The notes below the pieces were generated by a model. The model was not told the DNA's origin, made no database searches, and worked only from the letters and a program-made list of their open reading frames with translations. A stretch of DNA of 64,000 nt. Source: Patescibacteria group bacterium. GTDB lineage: Bacteria > Patescibacteriota > Minisyncoccia > Minisyncoccales > CAZWNE01. How positions within the stretch are numbered: the first letter of the stretch is position 1; each line of letters begins with the position of its first letter. The translations under genes were made by a program, and so were the position numbers. The stretch spans positions 8,538-72,537 of the forward strand of contig JBBTTI010000003.1 in assembly GCA_038078735.1 (NCBI GenBank). Direction: 5' to 3'. Below, piece after piece: positions 36,476 to 46,586 of the stretch.

Positions 36476-36550
36476 GGTGGGCGCTGCTGGGATCGAACCA
36501 GCGACCTCTTCGATGTGAACGAAGCGCGCTACCACTGCGCTAAGCGCCCT
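36476..36550 (-). tRNA. tRNA-Val (anticodon CAC), CCA encoded
   Basis: AGGGCGC acceptor, GCGCAGTGGTAGCGC D-arm, TTCACAT anticodon loop, GGTTCGATCC T-arm, CCA. Confidence 0.85.
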
Positions 36551-36615
36551 TATTATTTATTTTAATCGATTTTTTCAAAAAATAAAGGGGCGCCAAAGCA
36601 CCCCTTTTCCCATCA

Positions 36616-37071
36616 CTAGCGAATTACTATGAAAATAAGCCTGAATAGCATAACCATAGGAAACCAACCGATTATGACCAACCAAGCTGGAGTATTATAT
36701 TTCCAATTACGCGCCTTTAAATTAGGAAGCTCGTGGAATAAAAGGAGTATCAACGTCACAACTATAAACGCTGATAATGACACTCTCAATGATGGCCCCA
36801 TTAGCGCTATTATCCATTCCCAAAGGAGATTTATTGCCACGCCGAAGACTCCCCAGGCTGACACCACAATTGAAAAATATTTCCAACTTAGAAAAGGTTG
36901 CCGGGAGTAATACCATAAATTCATCATTTTTACTCCCACAATGTCAAAAAAGAAACCTCCTATCATACCGAGACAGAAAGAAATTGTCAGTTCTCTCAAC
37001 TCACCCCTGAAATAAGCAACAGTGAGAAGAGTGACACCTAGTGCCCAGACAAACCACCTTACTCTTATCAT
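36616..37071 (-). CDS. membrane protein (4 TM), unknown function
   Basis: 151 aa, strongly hydrophobic. Confidence 0.45.
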   Translation of the reverse strand: MIRVRWFVWALGVTLLTVAYFRGELRELTISFCLGMIGGFFFDIVGVKMMNLWYYSRQPFLSWKYFSIVVSAWGVFGVAINLLWEWIIALMGPSLRVSLSAFIVVTLILLLFHELPNLKARNWKYNTPAWLVIIGWFPMVMLFRLIFIVIR

Positions 37072-37187
37072 TACTCTCTCGCCTACCTTTCTAAAAAGTT
37101 ATTGTAGATAAACTAATTTTAGTATAAATAAAATTAATAAAAAGTCAATCCCATAATGTTTTTTAAAAAATCTGATATAATAAACTA

Positions 37188-39104
37188 ATGCAGATTTTTG
37201 AATTTCATTTTAACCCGAAAGTAAAACCTGATTTAATTTTTAACGCTTTTTGTTTTGAACCGGGAAATATTTACGAAAAACGGCTGGGCGGCCTTTATCT
37301 GGCAGGAGATCTGAAAAACGTTCTGCCCCAAAATATTCATCTTTTAGAACATTTAACCCAAACGATAAAACAACAATATTATAAAAACAGCTTAAAAAAT
37401 CCGGCGAAAGCTCTTCAAGAGGGTTTAAGACTGGGCAATACTTTCTTAGAAAATATTTCCAAAAAAGGAGATGTCAGTTGGCTTGGGAATTTGGATTTTG
37501 CCGCTCTTTCTTTAAAAAACTACGACCTCAATTTTACTAAAACCGGCGAGATAAAAATCTATTTGCTGAGAAAGGGCCAGGTTATTGACATTGATAAACG
37601 ATTAAAATTTGAAGAGATAGATCCTTATCCTTTGAAAATATTCGGCAATATTATTTCCGGAAAACTTTCCGAAGACGACATAATTCTGATTTTAACCGAA
37701 GAACTGCTGGATCCGTTCCAAAAATTACTAACAGAAATTGCCGCCCTATCCCCTTTCAGCGATAAGAAATTGAAAGAAATTTTTAAAAAGAAAGAAGAAA
37801 TCCTTTCAAAAACTTCCGGCCTTTGCCTTTTGATTTCTTTAAGCAGGGCTATTTTGCCCCGCAAGAAAGAAATGATTTTAGGTAACCAGCAACCGAAAGA
37901 ATTTGCTTTTAAAAATATTGTCTCTCCTATTTTAAAAAAAATTAAGAAATTAATAAAAATAAAAAAACCGATTTTCAAATTACCTTCCATTAAATTGCCC
38001 TCTTTTAAAATTACGCTTCCGAAAAAGAACACAATCCTAATCTTAACTTTAATTTTATTTCTAGCCTTAGGTTTCTTTATCTCCCAAAAAGAAGAACAGA
38101 AAAAATTTAAAACTTACCAGGAAACCTTCCTGCAAATCCAACAAAAAATAAACAAAGCTGAAAGTTATTTAATTTTAAAAGACAACCTTCCGCTTCAAGA
38201 GAAAGCCGATTCGCTTTTAAAGGAAAGCCAAAATGATATTTTAAATCTACTAAAAATTTCCTCGACAGCTCCCGCAATTTTTAGGAACCAAATTGACGAG
38301 CTTGAGAAAAAAATCTCTGATAAGCTTTTTACGTTGAATAAACTGACGGAAATTATTGACCCTGAACTGATTTTTGAAACAGACCCCCAAAAATTTATCC
38401 CTCAAAAAATAATTTCAAATAATAATTCTCTTTATCTTTTTAGCCCTTACGTTCAAGGTATCTTTAAAATAAATGGGGAAAAAGGCGAACTTATTAATAA
38501 AAAGTTTAACACGGCGGCTGTTTCCGATAATTTTTTACTGCTTTTTTCCAAACCTAATGAGCTTACTATTTTAAAGGAAGGTCAATTTCAGCAGACAATA
38601 AACATTCAAACCTTATCAAATTATGTTTATAATGATTTTTCTTCTTACCAATTAAATCTTTATTTTTTTGATGAGGAAAAGGGACAAATAATAAAATATT
38701 CTTATTTAGGAGATTATAAGTGGAGTTCTCCCGAAGTTTGGCTTTTATCTTCAACTAAAAAAGCTATCGGAGCAAAATCAATAGCTGTGGCCGGAAGCGC
38801 CTGGATTCTTAATAAAGATAATTCCTTATCCAGGTATTATGCCGGCCAACTGCAAGAAACTTTAAAATTGAATATTTTCCCCGCAGCTAAGGATTTTTCT
38901 AAAATTTTGGCCATCCCCGAGCTTTCTTATATTTATATCTTAGACCCCCAGCAAAAAAGAGTGGTTATAACAAACAGAACTGGCGAAATAATTCGCCAGT
39001 TCCGAAGTGATAAATTCAATAATTTATTGGATTTTACGGTCTCTCAAGACGGAAAAACTATTTATTTGCTCAACGGCTCAAAAGTATACAGAATTCTATT
39101 TTAA
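37188..39104 (+). CDS. large hypothetical membrane protein (cytoplasmic N-domain, one TM, extracytoplasmic C-domain)
   Basis: 638 aa. The N-terminal ~200 aa may be PPM-like ([14 protein letters not shown]). TM at [15 protein letters not shown]. The C-terminal region is repeat/beta-rich. Confidence 0.6.
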   Translation: MQIFEFHFNPKVKPDLIFNAFCFEPGNIYEKRLGGLYLAGDLKNVLPQNIHLLEHLTQTIKQQYYKNSLKNPAKALQEGLRLGNTFLENISKKGDVSWLGNLDFAALSLKNYDLNFTKTGEIKIYLLRKGQVIDIDKRLKFEEIDPYPLKIFGNIISGKLSEDDIILILTEELLDPFQKLLTEIAALSPFSDKKLKEIFKKKEEILSKTSGLCLLISLSRAILPRKKEMILGNQQPKEFAFKNIVSPILKKIKKLIKIKKPIFKLPSIKLPSFKITLPKKNTILILTLILFLALGFFISQKEEQKKFKTYQETFLQIQQKINKAESYLILKDNLPLQEKADSLLKESQNDILNLLKISSTAPAIFRNQIDELEKKISDKLFTLNKLTEIIDPELIFETDPQKFIPQKIISNNNSLYLFSPYVQGIFKINGEKGELINKKFNTAAVSDNFLLLFSKPNELTILKEGQFQQTINIQTLSNYVYNDFSSYQLNLYFFDEEKGQIIKYSYLGDYKWSSPEVWLLSSTKKAIGAKSIAVAGSAWILNKDNSLSRYYAGQLQETLKLNIFPAAKDFSKILAIPELSYIYILDPQQKRVVITNRTGEIIRQFRSDKFNNLLDFTVSQDGKTIYLLNGSKVYRILF

Positions 39105-39518
39105 TTCTACTTTTGCTCCTGCCGCCTCAAATTTCTTTTTCATTTCTTCCGCTTCTTCTTTCTTAACATTCTCTTTCACTACCTGAGGTCCGGCTGCTGA
39201 AGCATCGACTAAGTCTTTAGCTTCCTTCAAGCCCTTTTCAGTGATGTCTCTGACTACCTTGATTACTTCAATCTTTTTGTCGCCGGTAGCAACCAACACA
39301 ACATTGAAAATAGATTTTTCTTCCTCGGCTGGGGCTGCTTGCCCTGAGCCCGTCGAAGGGGCTGCCATCATCGGGGCTGCGGCTGAAACGCCGAATTTCT
39401 TTTCCATTACTTTTACCAATTCCGCTAAATCCAAAACAGAAAGTTTTTCAACATCTTCCACTAACTTTTTGAATTTTTCTGGAACCTCTATTTTTTCTTC
39501 TTTTATTTCATCTGCCAT
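39096..39518 (-). CDS. rplL: 50S ribosomal protein L7/L12
   Basis: N-terminal dimerisation helix, Ala/Pro/Gly-rich hinge and conserved CTD ([23 protein letters not shown]). Confidence 0.9.
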   Translation of the reverse strand: MADEIKEEKIEVPEKFKKLVEDVEKLSVLDLAELVKVMEKKFGVSAAAPMMAAPSTGSGQAAPAEEEKSIFNVVLVATGDKKIEVIKVVRDITEKGLKEAKDLVDASAAGPQVVKENVKKEEAEEMKKKFEAAGAKVELK

Positions 39519-39519
39519 A

Positions 39520-40032
39520 TTATTTTTTTATATTAGCTAATATATAAACCAGACCTTTAATGTTTCCTTGCAATACTCTAACAAAACCTGACATCGGACT
39601 GGCAATACTGCCGACTAATCTTGCCAAAAGCTCTTCCCTGCTTGGTAATTGGGCTAAGGCGACTATCTCCTCAATCTCTTTGAATTTATTTTCCAAAAAT
39701 CCGCCTAATATTTTAATGGCCGAATTTTTTTTTGAAAATTGGTAAACGATTCTCGCAGAAGAAACTTCATCATCAAATCCAAAAATCATAGCCACTTCGC
39801 CTGTCAGCTTGTCTTTAGTTATCTCTAATTTATTTTCTTTCAAAGCTAAATTTAAAAGAGTCTTTTTTGCCACCTTCATCTCATTTTTGTCTTTTTTCAA
39901 TTCCTTCCTTAAGCGAGAAATATCTTTTACTTTCAGCCCCGTGAAGTCAACAAAAACCATCGCTTTCTGTTTAGCAATTTTCTCTTTTAAATCTTCGATT
40001 ATTTTTGTCTTCTGATTTTTATTTAACGGCAT
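39520..40032 (-). CDS. rplJ: 50S ribosomal protein L10
   Basis: [18 protein letters not shown]... uL10. Start taken at the second Met. Confidence 0.85.
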   Translation of the reverse strand: MPLNKNQKTKIIEDLKEKIAKQKAMVFVDFTGLKVKDISRLRKELKKDKNEMKVAKKTLLNLALKENKLEITKDKLTGEVAMIFGFDDEVSSARIVYQFSKKNSAIKILGGFLENKFKEIEEIVALAQLPSREELLARLVGSIASPMSGFVRVLQGNIKGLVYILANIKK

Positions 40033-40157
40033 AAAAAAAACGGCTTCCGCCGCAGGCAATAAAAAATACTCACCTCGAGAGGACTTAAATGCCCCTTGTC
40101 TGCGGATATTTATATATTACTCACCCCAAGATCTTTGTCAAGAGCCGAAGATGAACC

Positions 40158-40939
40158 GTAGATGTTTGACATCTACAAGCCTAATCAATTGATAATTTCC
40201 CAAGAATTTCTTTAGTATTTCTAACTAAAAGAGCATTATAAATAAATTCCTTATAACTTTTATTATTACCAGATGATAGTCCTAAACTATTTCTATCCCC
40301 TTCATCTATAATAAATAGATTACGTTTTAATAAAGTATCCTGAAGACTGCTAAAAGAATAATTTGTAGCAAAATCAAAAGCCTTATCAAATTGTTTAACG
40401 GCCGCCTCTGTCCCTCCGGGATAAAGTTCAATTGGATTCAAAACTTGAATATAAGCGTCAAGATACTGGATATACTCATCATTTTTTATTGTTTTTGACT
40501 TATATGATCCTTGGAAAACTTTCCCCGATTCTTTATATTTTGTATTAATATAATTAGTGAAACCACCACTAAGTTTTTTCATAAACATACTTACTCCGCC
40601 TTCCTTTATTTCTTTTAGCAGCAAGTGAAAATGGTTTGGCATTAAACAAAAAGAGAGAATTTTTACTAACGGTTTTGGCACCGGCCATTCTGCTGGCCTA
40701 CTAAAAGTATTATTTTTTACTTGACGAAAAATATTAGATAAAGAATATTCGTCATTAAAATAACGAAGAATTTTCAAAAAACGCCATTTATCATTATCGT
40801 CTTGTGTAATCGGCATTTTCCGATTACCTCGATTATAAACGTGGATATAATCACCCACCGTAAATGCTTCTTTTCTCATAGGTTTATTTTAATCCAATCC
40901 ATCCGTAGGTGTCAAACCGTAGATGTCAAACATCTACGG
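40158..40939 (-). mobile_element. RAYT/IS200-like unit 2: Y1 transposase gene flanked by GTAGATG..CATCTAC hairpins
   Basis: GTAGATGT-ttg-ACATCTAC at 40158..40176 and CCGTAGATG-tcaaa-CATCTACGG at 40917..40939, plus a degenerate half-copy at 40902..40915. Confidence 0.65.
40181..40879 (-). CDS. COG1943 / IS200-like HuH Y1 transposase (RAYT-like), paralog 2
   Basis: LMPNHFHLLL HuH motif, GGVSMFMKKL, YIQVLNP tyrosine-region motif. Paralogous to 21090..21809. Confidence 0.7.
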   Translation of the reverse strand: MRKEAFTVGDYIHVYNRGNRKMPITQDDNDKWRFLKILRYFNDEYSLSNIFRQVKNNTFSRPAEWPVPKPLVKILSFCLMPNHFHLLLKEIKEGGVSMFMKKLSGGFTNYINTKYKESGKVFQGSYKSKTIKNDEYIQYLDAYIQVLNPIELYPGGTEAAVKQFDKAFDFATNYSFSSLQDTLLKRNLFIIDEGDRNSLGLSSGNNKSYKEFIYNALLVRNTKEILGKLSID

Positions 40940-40952
40940 ATATACGAGTACC

Positions 40953-41789
40953 CTATTTTAAATACTTTGCTCGGGCGAGGTTGTGCTCTTCCAGGGTTCT
41001 ACTGAAAATGGTTTGGCCTTCTTTAGCAGATAAATAATACCAATAAGGGCTGGCTTTGGGATTTAAAGCGGCTAAAATTGATTCTAACCCGGGATTGGCG
41101 ATAGGAGCCGGAGGAAGGCCTCTATTTTTATAAGTCCACATTTCAACATCCACCTGCAAAGGCATACCGACCCTTAATCTTTTCCATAAAAGTCCCGAAA
41201 CTAATTCTTTATCTTCTTGGGTCCTGACTTCTTTTTCTATTAGAGAGGCCATAACAACAATATCATTAGTTATTTTAAGATCAGCCGTCTTTTTTTCAAA
41301 ATTATCTTTCATTATCTTGACAACTTCCTCTCCGGTTGCGCCAAATGGGAGATGATAAGTATCGGGGAAAAGGTATCCTTCCAAATTGTCTCCGGGCAAT
41401 TTCAAGTTTAGAGCTTCTTCAATTTGTTTTTGAGTCCAACCCTCGGGTATAGTTATTGTTATTTTAGCAGTATCGCCGGAAATAATTTTATTGGCAATTT
41501 TAGCAATACTTTCCGAAGGAGAAATAAAATATTTTCCCGCTTGAAGTCTTTTTTGATCCCCCGCTAAAAAAATATAAAAACTAAAAAATAATTTACTGCT
41601 AATCAGCCCTTCTTTCTCTAAGTTTTCAGCAATTTTAAAACTTCCCTGCCCCTTTTCCACAGAAAATATCTGTTCTTTGCCTATTGAAGAAACAGGCAAA
41701 AAAATCCCCCAACTCAAAAACCCGATTAAAACCAACACCAATAAGACTAAATATTTTTTAACTGTTTTTTGAACTTCCATTTTTGCCAA
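40953..41789 (-). CDS. mltG: endolytic murein transglycosylase MltG (YceG family)
   Basis: N-terminal TM and a YceG-like domain (GYLFPDTYHLPF ... catalytic E in LIEKE). Confidence 0.8.
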   Translation of the reverse strand: MAKMEVQKTVKKYLVLLVLVLIGFLSWGIFLPVSSIGKEQIFSVEKGQGSFKIAENLEKEGLISSKLFFSFYIFLAGDQKRLQAGKYFISPSESIAKIANKIISGDTAKITITIPEGWTQKQIEEALNLKLPGDNLEGYLFPDTYHLPFGATGEEVVKIMKDNFEKKTADLKITNDIVVMASLIEKEVRTQEDKELVSGLLWKRLRVGMPLQVDVEMWTYKNRGLPPAPIANPGLESILAALNPKASPYWYYLSAKEGQTIFSRTLEEHNLARAKYLK

Positions 41790-42214
41790 AAGGGAATTTT
41801 ATCTAATATCAAAATGCCGTCTAAATGGTCGATCTCGTGCTGAAAAATTCGGGCTAAAAGCCCCTTGGCTTTTATTTTGATACTCTCCCCTCCTTCTTTT
41901 TGAACTTCAATTTCAACCTCTATCGCTCTTTTTATTTTTAAAAATAATCCCGGAATACAAAGACATCCTTCCTCTTTAATTTCAGTTTCTTCAGATTTTT
42001 TTATAATTTTCGGATTTAAAAACGCTTCTTTCTCAACGATAATTATTCTTTTTAATTCGCCGATTTGAGGAGCAGCTAATCCTACCCCTTGAGCGTGCTG
42101 AAGAGTTTCTTTCATATTAAAAATCAACTCCTTAATTTCAGGAGTTATCTCTTTTACTTCTTTCGCCTTCTTTCTCAAAATAGGATCGCCAAATTTTTTA
42201 ATTTTCAGTACCAT
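41747..42214 (-). CDS. def: peptide deformylase
   Basis: GVGLAAPQIG, EGCLCIPG and HEIDHLDG motifs. Start taken at the internal Met. Confidence 0.85.
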   Translation of the reverse strand: MVLKIKKFGDPILRKKAKEVKEITPEIKELIFNMKETLQHAQGVGLAAPQIGELKRIIIVEKEAFLNPKIIKKSEETEIKEEGCLCIPGLFLKIKRAIEVEIEVQKEGGESIKIKAKGLLARIFQHEIDHLDGILILDKIPFWQKWKFKKQLKNI

Positions 42215-42503
42215 TAAAGTTTGATTTTTTAGTAATGATTTTATAAATATTTTCAATAAAGTCGCCGCCGGCGTAGCCAATAATAAAGCCGAGCGCCGGG
42301 GTAAATAAACCCTCTAAAGTGAAACCGATTTCTTTAATGGCTATCACCGAAATCAGACCGACTGCTCCTGAAAGAAAACTCATCGCTAAAAAATAGCCTA
42401 ATTTAAAAGGCGTATTTTTATAAGAAAACTGATGTTTGATAAAGCCGATTAAACCCCTTAACACCCCGCCGCCAAATCCGGCAATTAAAATATAAAAATA
42501 CAT
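42198..42503 (-). CDS. small membrane protein
   Basis: 101 aa with 3 TM helices. Confidence 0.4.
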   Translation of the reverse strand: MYFYILIAGFGGGVLRGLIGFIKHQFSYKNTPFKLGYFLAMSFLSGAVGLISVIAIKEIGFTLEGLFTPALGFIIGYAGGDFIENIYKIITKKSNFNGTEN

Positions 42504-42506
42504 AGT

Positions 42507-42872
42507 TTAAGATATTTTATGCAATATTTTATACCAGTCCGGATAAGAAAATATCCCCTGGATTATCAGTCCGGTTAAAAAACCTGATCCTAAAAACAAT
42601 AAAACGCCGGGTATTTTGTATTTTTTGGCCAAATAAGAAAACATAAAAATTAAAATCGCCAAGCTTATCAGCCAATGATGCAAATGTAATTGCCAGTCTC
42701 CAAAATTAAAAGTATTAAATTGGAATCTGCCCTGTTCTCCGGCCGATCCTCCGCTAAAAAATCTGCCCGTAAGATAGCCTGGGGCCAAACCAAAATAAGT
42801 TTCCAGCCGGGAAAAAATTCTGAGAATAAAGAAAATAATTTTTTCCTTAAATATCTTAAAGATTATTGCCAT
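42507..42872 (-). CDS. small membrane protein
   Basis: 121 aa with 3 TM helices. Abuts tRNA-Trp. Confidence 0.4.
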   Translation of the reverse strand: MAIIFKIFKEKIIFFILRIFSRLETYFGLAPGYLTGRFFSGGSAGEQGRFQFNTFNFGDWQLHLHHWLISLAILIFMFSYLAKKYKIPGVLLFLGSGFLTGLIIQGIFSYPDWYKILHKIS

Positions 42873-42943
42873 CGGGGACGCCAGGATTCGAACCTAGAAC
42901 TCTTCTTTTGGAGAGAAGAAGTTTACCATTAGCCTACGCCCCC
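42873..42943 (-). tRNA. tRNA-Trp (anticodon CCA)
   Basis: GGGGGCG acceptor, anticodon stem-loop CTTCT-CTCCAAA-AGAAG, GGTTCGAATCC T-arm. Confidence 0.75.
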
Positions 42944-42954
42944 TCTCTACTAAA

Positions 42955-43116
42955 TTATTTTTTTCCTTCTTTGTGCAAGGTATGCTTTTTGCACCATTTG
43001 CAGTATTTTTTCAATTCTAACTTCTTCTCACCTGCCTTTTTGGATTTGTGAGTGTAGTAATTGATTCTCTTGCAAGCTTCACAAATAAGTTTTATAAACG
43101 GTTTTTTTGTCGCCAT
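42955..43116 (-). CDS. rpmG: 50S ribosomal protein L33
   Basis: 53 aa [27 protein letters not shown]...[17 protein letters not shown] with the Cys4 pattern. Not in the supplied ORF track because it is under 60 aa. Confidence 0.8.
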   Translation of the reverse strand: MATKKPFIKLICEACKRINYYTHKSKKAGEKKLELKKYCKWCKKHTLHKEGKK

Positions 43117-43143
43117 GGATTTGTATTATGTTAATTATTTATG

Positions 43144-43216
43144 AGCCCACGCGCAGATTTGCACTGCGGACCTCATCATTACCAATGATGTGCTCTACTG
43201 GCTGAGCTACATGGGC
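43144..43216 (-). tRNA. tRNA-Thr (anticodon GGT)
   Basis: GCCCATG acceptor, GCTCAGCCAGTAGAGC D-arm, anticodon loop TTGGTAA. Confidence 0.8.
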
Positions 43217-43218
43217 GT

Positions 43219-43302
43219 TGGGCAGGGAGGGATTCGAACCCCCGAAGTCCAGAGGACGACAGATTTACAGTCTGTTGCGATTGACCGCTCCGCCACCTGC
43301 CC
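43219..43302 (-). tRNA. tRNA-Tyr (anticodon GTA), type II with long variable arm
   Basis: GGGCAGG acceptor, anticodon loop CTGTAAA, long variable arm, GGTTCGAATCC T-arm. Confidence 0.8.
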
Positions 43303-43330
43303 CTGCAAAATCATCTTATCAAAATTTTCT

Positions 43331-44008
43331 TTAATTGCCAATATTTTTGCCGTATCTTGATCGCCACTCCTGAATTTTTTTGTGGTTGCCCGAAATCAAA
43401 ACCTTGGGCACTCGCCACTTTTTAAAAATTTCGGGGCGCGTATATTGCGGATATTCAATAAAGCCTTTAGTTTTTGTAATTCTCTCTTTCAATAATTGAG
43501 GTTTGCCCAAGACTCCGGGGATTAATCTTGCTACTGTTTCCGTTAAAACCATTGCCGGCAATTCCCCGCCCATCAAATCATAATCCCCTATTGATAATTC
43601 CATATCTGCCAAATTTTTTGCCACTCTTTCATCCACCCCTTCGTATCTGCCGCAAATCATAATAATCTGATTTAATTTTGAAAGTTTGTAAGCAATCTGC
43701 TGATTAAATTTTTTCCCGCGAGGAGTAAATAAAACCACTTTTCGCTTAGAGGGACTTAGTCCCTTTTTTAAGGGACTAAGTCCCTTAACGGCTTTATATA
43801 TCGGTTCGATTTTTAGTACCATACCAAGGCCCCCGCCAAATGGCCGATCGTCAACCGTCCGGTGGACATCGGATGTCCACTTCCTTAGATTATGGACATT
43901 AATCTTGATCAATTTTTTTGCTTGGGCTCTGGCAATTAAGCTCTCGCTTAAGTAAGAACTGAATAAATTTGGAAAAATTGTTATTATGTCAAAAGAAAGC
44001 CGCGCCAT
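43331..44008 (-). CDS. trmD: tRNA (guanine37-N1)-methyltransferase
   Basis: SPOUT knot motifs (HRTVDDRPFGGGLGMV, ICGRYEGVDERV, IGDYDLMGGELPAM). Confidence 0.9.
   Translation of the reverse strand: MARLSFDIITIFPNLFSSYLSESLIARAQAKKLIKINVHNLRKWTSDVHRTVDDRPFGGGLGMVLKIEPIYKAVKGLSPLKKGLSPSKRKVVLFTPRGKKFNQQIAYKLSKLNQIIMICGRYEGVDERVAKNLADMELSIGDYDLMGGELPAMVLTETVARLIPGVLGKPQLLKERITKTKGFIEYPQYTRPEIFKKWRVPKVLISGNHKKIQEWRSRYGKNIGN
43750..43785. repeat. family D palindrome inside trmD (AGGGACTTAGTCCCTT tttt AAGGGACTAAGTCCCT)
   Basis: 16-bp perfect arms. Each arm is itself a GGGACT-t-AGTCCC palindrome. Read in-frame as KGLSPLKKGLSPSKRK. Confidence 0.8.
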
Positions 44009-44051
44009 CTTATGATAATAGCACGGCTTTCTGAATTAGTAAACCTTAGGT

Positions 44052-44372
44052 TTACAGCTTAAGTTCGTCTAAATCTCCGCCGGCTGAGGGAGCTGTCCTC
44101 TCGCGAGGAACCCTCGTACTGCCTTCCGGTTCTTCGATCTTCAAATTCACTCTAGCGTGATTTTTAAGACCGACAATTCGAACCAAGGATCTTATTCCTC
44201 TGGCAGTATTGCCTTCCTTGCCGATAACCACTCCCATGTCTTCGGGATTCACTTTCAAAGAAAGTAGAACTCCCATTTCGTCAACCTTGCGGTCGACTTT
44301 GACATCATCGGGATTATCAACCAGGGCTTTGATTATAAATTCAAGAAATTCCTGATCAGATGATTTTGCCAT
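44052..44372 (-). CDS. KH-domain RNA-binding protein (KhpA/YlqC-like)
   Basis: GxxG KH motif (VIGKEGNTARGIR) in a 106-aa protein within the rpsP-trmD operon. Confidence 0.75.
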   Translation of the reverse strand: MAKSSDQEFLEFIIKALVDNPDDVKVDRKVDEMGVLLSLKVNPEDMGVVIGKEGNTARGIRSLVRIVGLKNHARVNLKIEEPEGSTRVPRERTAPSAGGDLDELKL

Positions 44373-44474
44373 AGTCTCTTCGGTTTTATCTTTTAATTCT
44401 TATATTCAAGCGACCTTTACTTGTATTGATATTTTATTCCTTCCAAATCCTTTGTCAACCCCTTAAAAAACTTT

Positions 44475-44530
44475 CCCATCTTTCAGCCCACCCTTCGGCT
44501 CGCTTAAGGCAAGCCAATGATGAGCTGAAA
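44475..44530. repeat. CCCATCTTTCAGCC...ATGAGCTGAAA element, copy 1
   Basis: 7-bp closing stem TTTCAGC/GCTGAAA around a variable insert. Copies 2 and 3 are at 48371 and 49064. Confidence 0.65.
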
Positions 44531-44596
44531 TTGGGAGGCGAGACAAAAGAGTAAGCTCCCTTCCGTTTCGCCTCAGATTTGGCGTAGGTAAAACGT

Positions 44597-44980
44597 CTAT
44601 TCCGAAAGATAATCTTTATAATTTTCCCTTACAGCATATCCTAATTTTTTTGCTGCTTTGCAGGGTTTCCGGAACTCGGTTTCAATGCGCTCTTTTAATA
44701 TTAGCTCCCTCTCCATTTTCATACGATAATTCGTTATTCTTTGGCCTATATCGATAGGAGGAGGCGCTCCTTGCATAAACTGTTCAAGTCTCCAATCTTC
44801 TTTCATGGCTTTATTGAGAATGCGCATGCGCTCAGAAAGTTTAGAGTCAACAATTTTTTGTTCCCCTTCCCGCTCTTTAGGGTTCAATGAGGGTTTAAAT
44901 CCAAAATATTCCCTGAACTCCCTTAAGAGCCAAAATTGAAAGATTCCCCGGATAATACCCTTAATAAGTCTCTTATTCAT
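44597..44980 (-). CDS. hypothetical protein (127 aa)
   Basis: Charged helical protein between rpsP and the KH gene, at the position where rimM would be expected. Not RimM-like. Confidence 0.45.
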   Translation of the reverse strand: MNKRLIKGIIRGIFQFWLLREFREYFGFKPSLNPKEREGEQKIVDSKLSERMRILNKAMKEDWRLEQFMQGAPPPIDIGQRITNYRMKMERELILKERIETEFRKPCKAAKKLGYAVRENYKDYLSE

Positions 44981-45101
44981 TTTATCCCCCTTATTAAAAA
45001 GCTATTTCTAATTTTTTTTATATCATAACTAAATAATTTGTCAATGGGCGAAGCTCCATTTATGGAGCGAGACGAAAGATGAGAGTCGTAACTCTCATCG
45101 C

Positions 45102-45130
45102 ACAAAAACCCCCAACATATCGTCGGGGGC
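45102..45130 (-). terminator. rho-independent terminator after rpsP
   Basis: GCCCCCGACGATATGTTGGGGG + TTTTTG on the minus strand. Confidence 0.6.
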
Positions 45131-45153
45131 TAATAAACTTAGAAACTCCGTTT

Positions 45154-45465
45154 CTAAGTAGCGGGAACTGGGGCGGGAGCTGCGACTGGGGGCTTCTTGC
45201 TCTTCCTCTGCAAAGGAATTTTTTTGGCTTCAATAATCTTTTCGGCAATAAACAAATTATGAATCGTTGGCGAGGGCTGAGCGCCTATTCCCAACCAATA
45301 TTTTATTCTTTCTATTTTAAAACCCTTTTCCTTAGTTCGGGAATTATAAAATCCGACTTCCTCGGTAAAACGGCCGCTTTTGGGCGGATTTTTCTTATCG
45401 GTTACCACTATCTTAAATGACGGCTGATTTTTTTTACCTACTCTAAATAATCTTATTGTTAACAT
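45154..45465 (-). CDS. rpsP: 30S ribosomal protein S16
   Basis: MLTIRLFRVGKKNQPSFKIVVTDKKNPPKSGRF. Confidence 0.9.
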   Translation of the reverse strand: MLTIRLFRVGKKNQPSFKIVVTDKKNPPKSGRFTEEVGFYNSRTKEKGFKIERIKYWLGIGAQPSPTIHNLFIAEKIIEAKKIPLQRKSKKPPVAAPAPVPAT

Positions 45466-45471
45466 ATATGG

Positions 45472-46164
45472 TTACCAGTTATTTATTTTTAAACCATTTT
45501 TGGCGGCTACTTCTTCCGCTTCCTGCTTAGAAGAACCTTCTCCCTTGGCTATTAATTTTTCTCCTAAAAATACTCCGATGACAAAATTTTTAGCGTGATC
45601 CGGACCCTGTTCGCCCAGAACTTTATAAATTGGAGTGATCTTACTTATTTCCTGGGCCTGCTCCTGAAAGTGCGATTTGGCATCCCGGAAAAGTTTGTTC
45701 TCCAATATTTTCGGCAGTTCTTTAATCAAAACTTTGTCAATAAACTCTTTTGATTTTTTATAACCTTGATCAAGATAGACTGCGCCGGTAAATGACTCAA
45801 AACTGTTGGCCAGAATATAATCCCTTGCCTTGCCAAGATTGTCTTTGGACTCGCCCTTGGAAAGCAATAAATAATCATTGAATCCGAGCTCTTTAGCAGT
45901 CTTGGATAAAGTGTCGGCATTGACCAACGCCGCTCGCCAAGTTGTTAATTCTCCTTCCGGTTCTTTGGGAAATTCTTTGTAAAGATACTCTGTTACCGCC
46001 AGCTCCAATACGGCATCGCCTAAAAATTCCATTCTTTCATTATGCGCCAAATAAAAGGTCGGGTTTTCGTTCAGATAAGAGCGATGGGTAAATGCCTGAG
46101 TTAACAAGTCCTTATTTTTAAATTTCAAACCTAATTTTTTTTCTAAACCCGAGAAATCTTGCAT
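45472..46164 (-). CDS. rnc: ribonuclease III
   Basis: RNase III signature ERMEFLGDAVLE plus a C-terminal dsRBD. Confidence 0.9.
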   Translation of the reverse strand: MQDFSGLEKKLGLKFKNKDLLTQAFTHRSYLNENPTFYLAHNERMEFLGDAVLELAVTEYLYKEFPKEPEGELTTWRAALVNADTLSKTAKELGFNDYLLLSKGESKDNLGKARDYILANSFESFTGAVYLDQGYKKSKEFIDKVLIKELPKILENKLFRDAKSHFQEQAQEISKITPIYKVLGEQGPDHAKNFVIGVFLGEKLIAKGEGSSKQEAEEVAAKNGLKINNW

Positions 46165-46165
46165 A

Positions 46166-46585
46166 CTATTTATCTATTTCTTTATACACCGTGCCCAATA
46201 CTCCGTTAATAAATTTCCCTGAATTTTCTCCGCCAAAACTCTTGGCCAATTCTATGGCTTCGTTAATCGCCACCTTTGGAGGCACGGCAGTTTTGTCTTC
46301 ATATAAAAGTTCGTACAACCCCATCCTTAAAACATTCCTGTCTATAATTGAAATTTGATCAATCGGCCATTGGGGCGCGGCTTTTTCAATAATTTTATCT
46401 ATTTCCTGTATGTGCTGGACTATGCCCGTCACCAACTGCCAAGTAAATGACTTATCTTCCAGCCCGGGTCCGAACTCCCCTATATTTCTTTCCGTAATTT
46501 TTTGCAAATCAGATTTCTTTTCAGAAAAATCCCATTCATATAACGACTGCATTGCTATTGAACGCGATAAATGTCTGCTTGCCAT
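46166..46585 (-). CDS. nusB: transcription antitermination factor NusB
   Basis: All-helical NusB fold motifs ([22 protein letters not shown]). Confidence 0.85.
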   Translation of the reverse strand: MASRHLSRSIAMQSLYEWDFSEKKSDLQKITERNIGEFGPGLEDKSFTWQLVTGIVQHIQEIDKIIEKAAPQWPIDQISIIDRNVLRMGLYELLYEDKTAVPPKVAINEAIELAKSFGGENSGKFINGVLGTVYKEIDK

Positions 46586-46586
46586 A

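Noticed and set aside
42507-42872. SecE or NusG downstream of rpmG/tRNA-Trp, as in the canonical rpmG-secE-nusG-rplK-rplA-rplJ-rplL order
   Set aside because: The two small membrane ORFs after tRNA-Trp show no SecE or NusG motifs. The canonical order is not preserved here, as rplJ-rplL lie 3 kb away.
44597-44980. RimM at the expected position in the rpsP-(KH)-rimM-trmD operon
   Set aside because: The 127-aa protein lacks the RimM PRC-barrel/N-domain signatures, so it is left as hypothetical.
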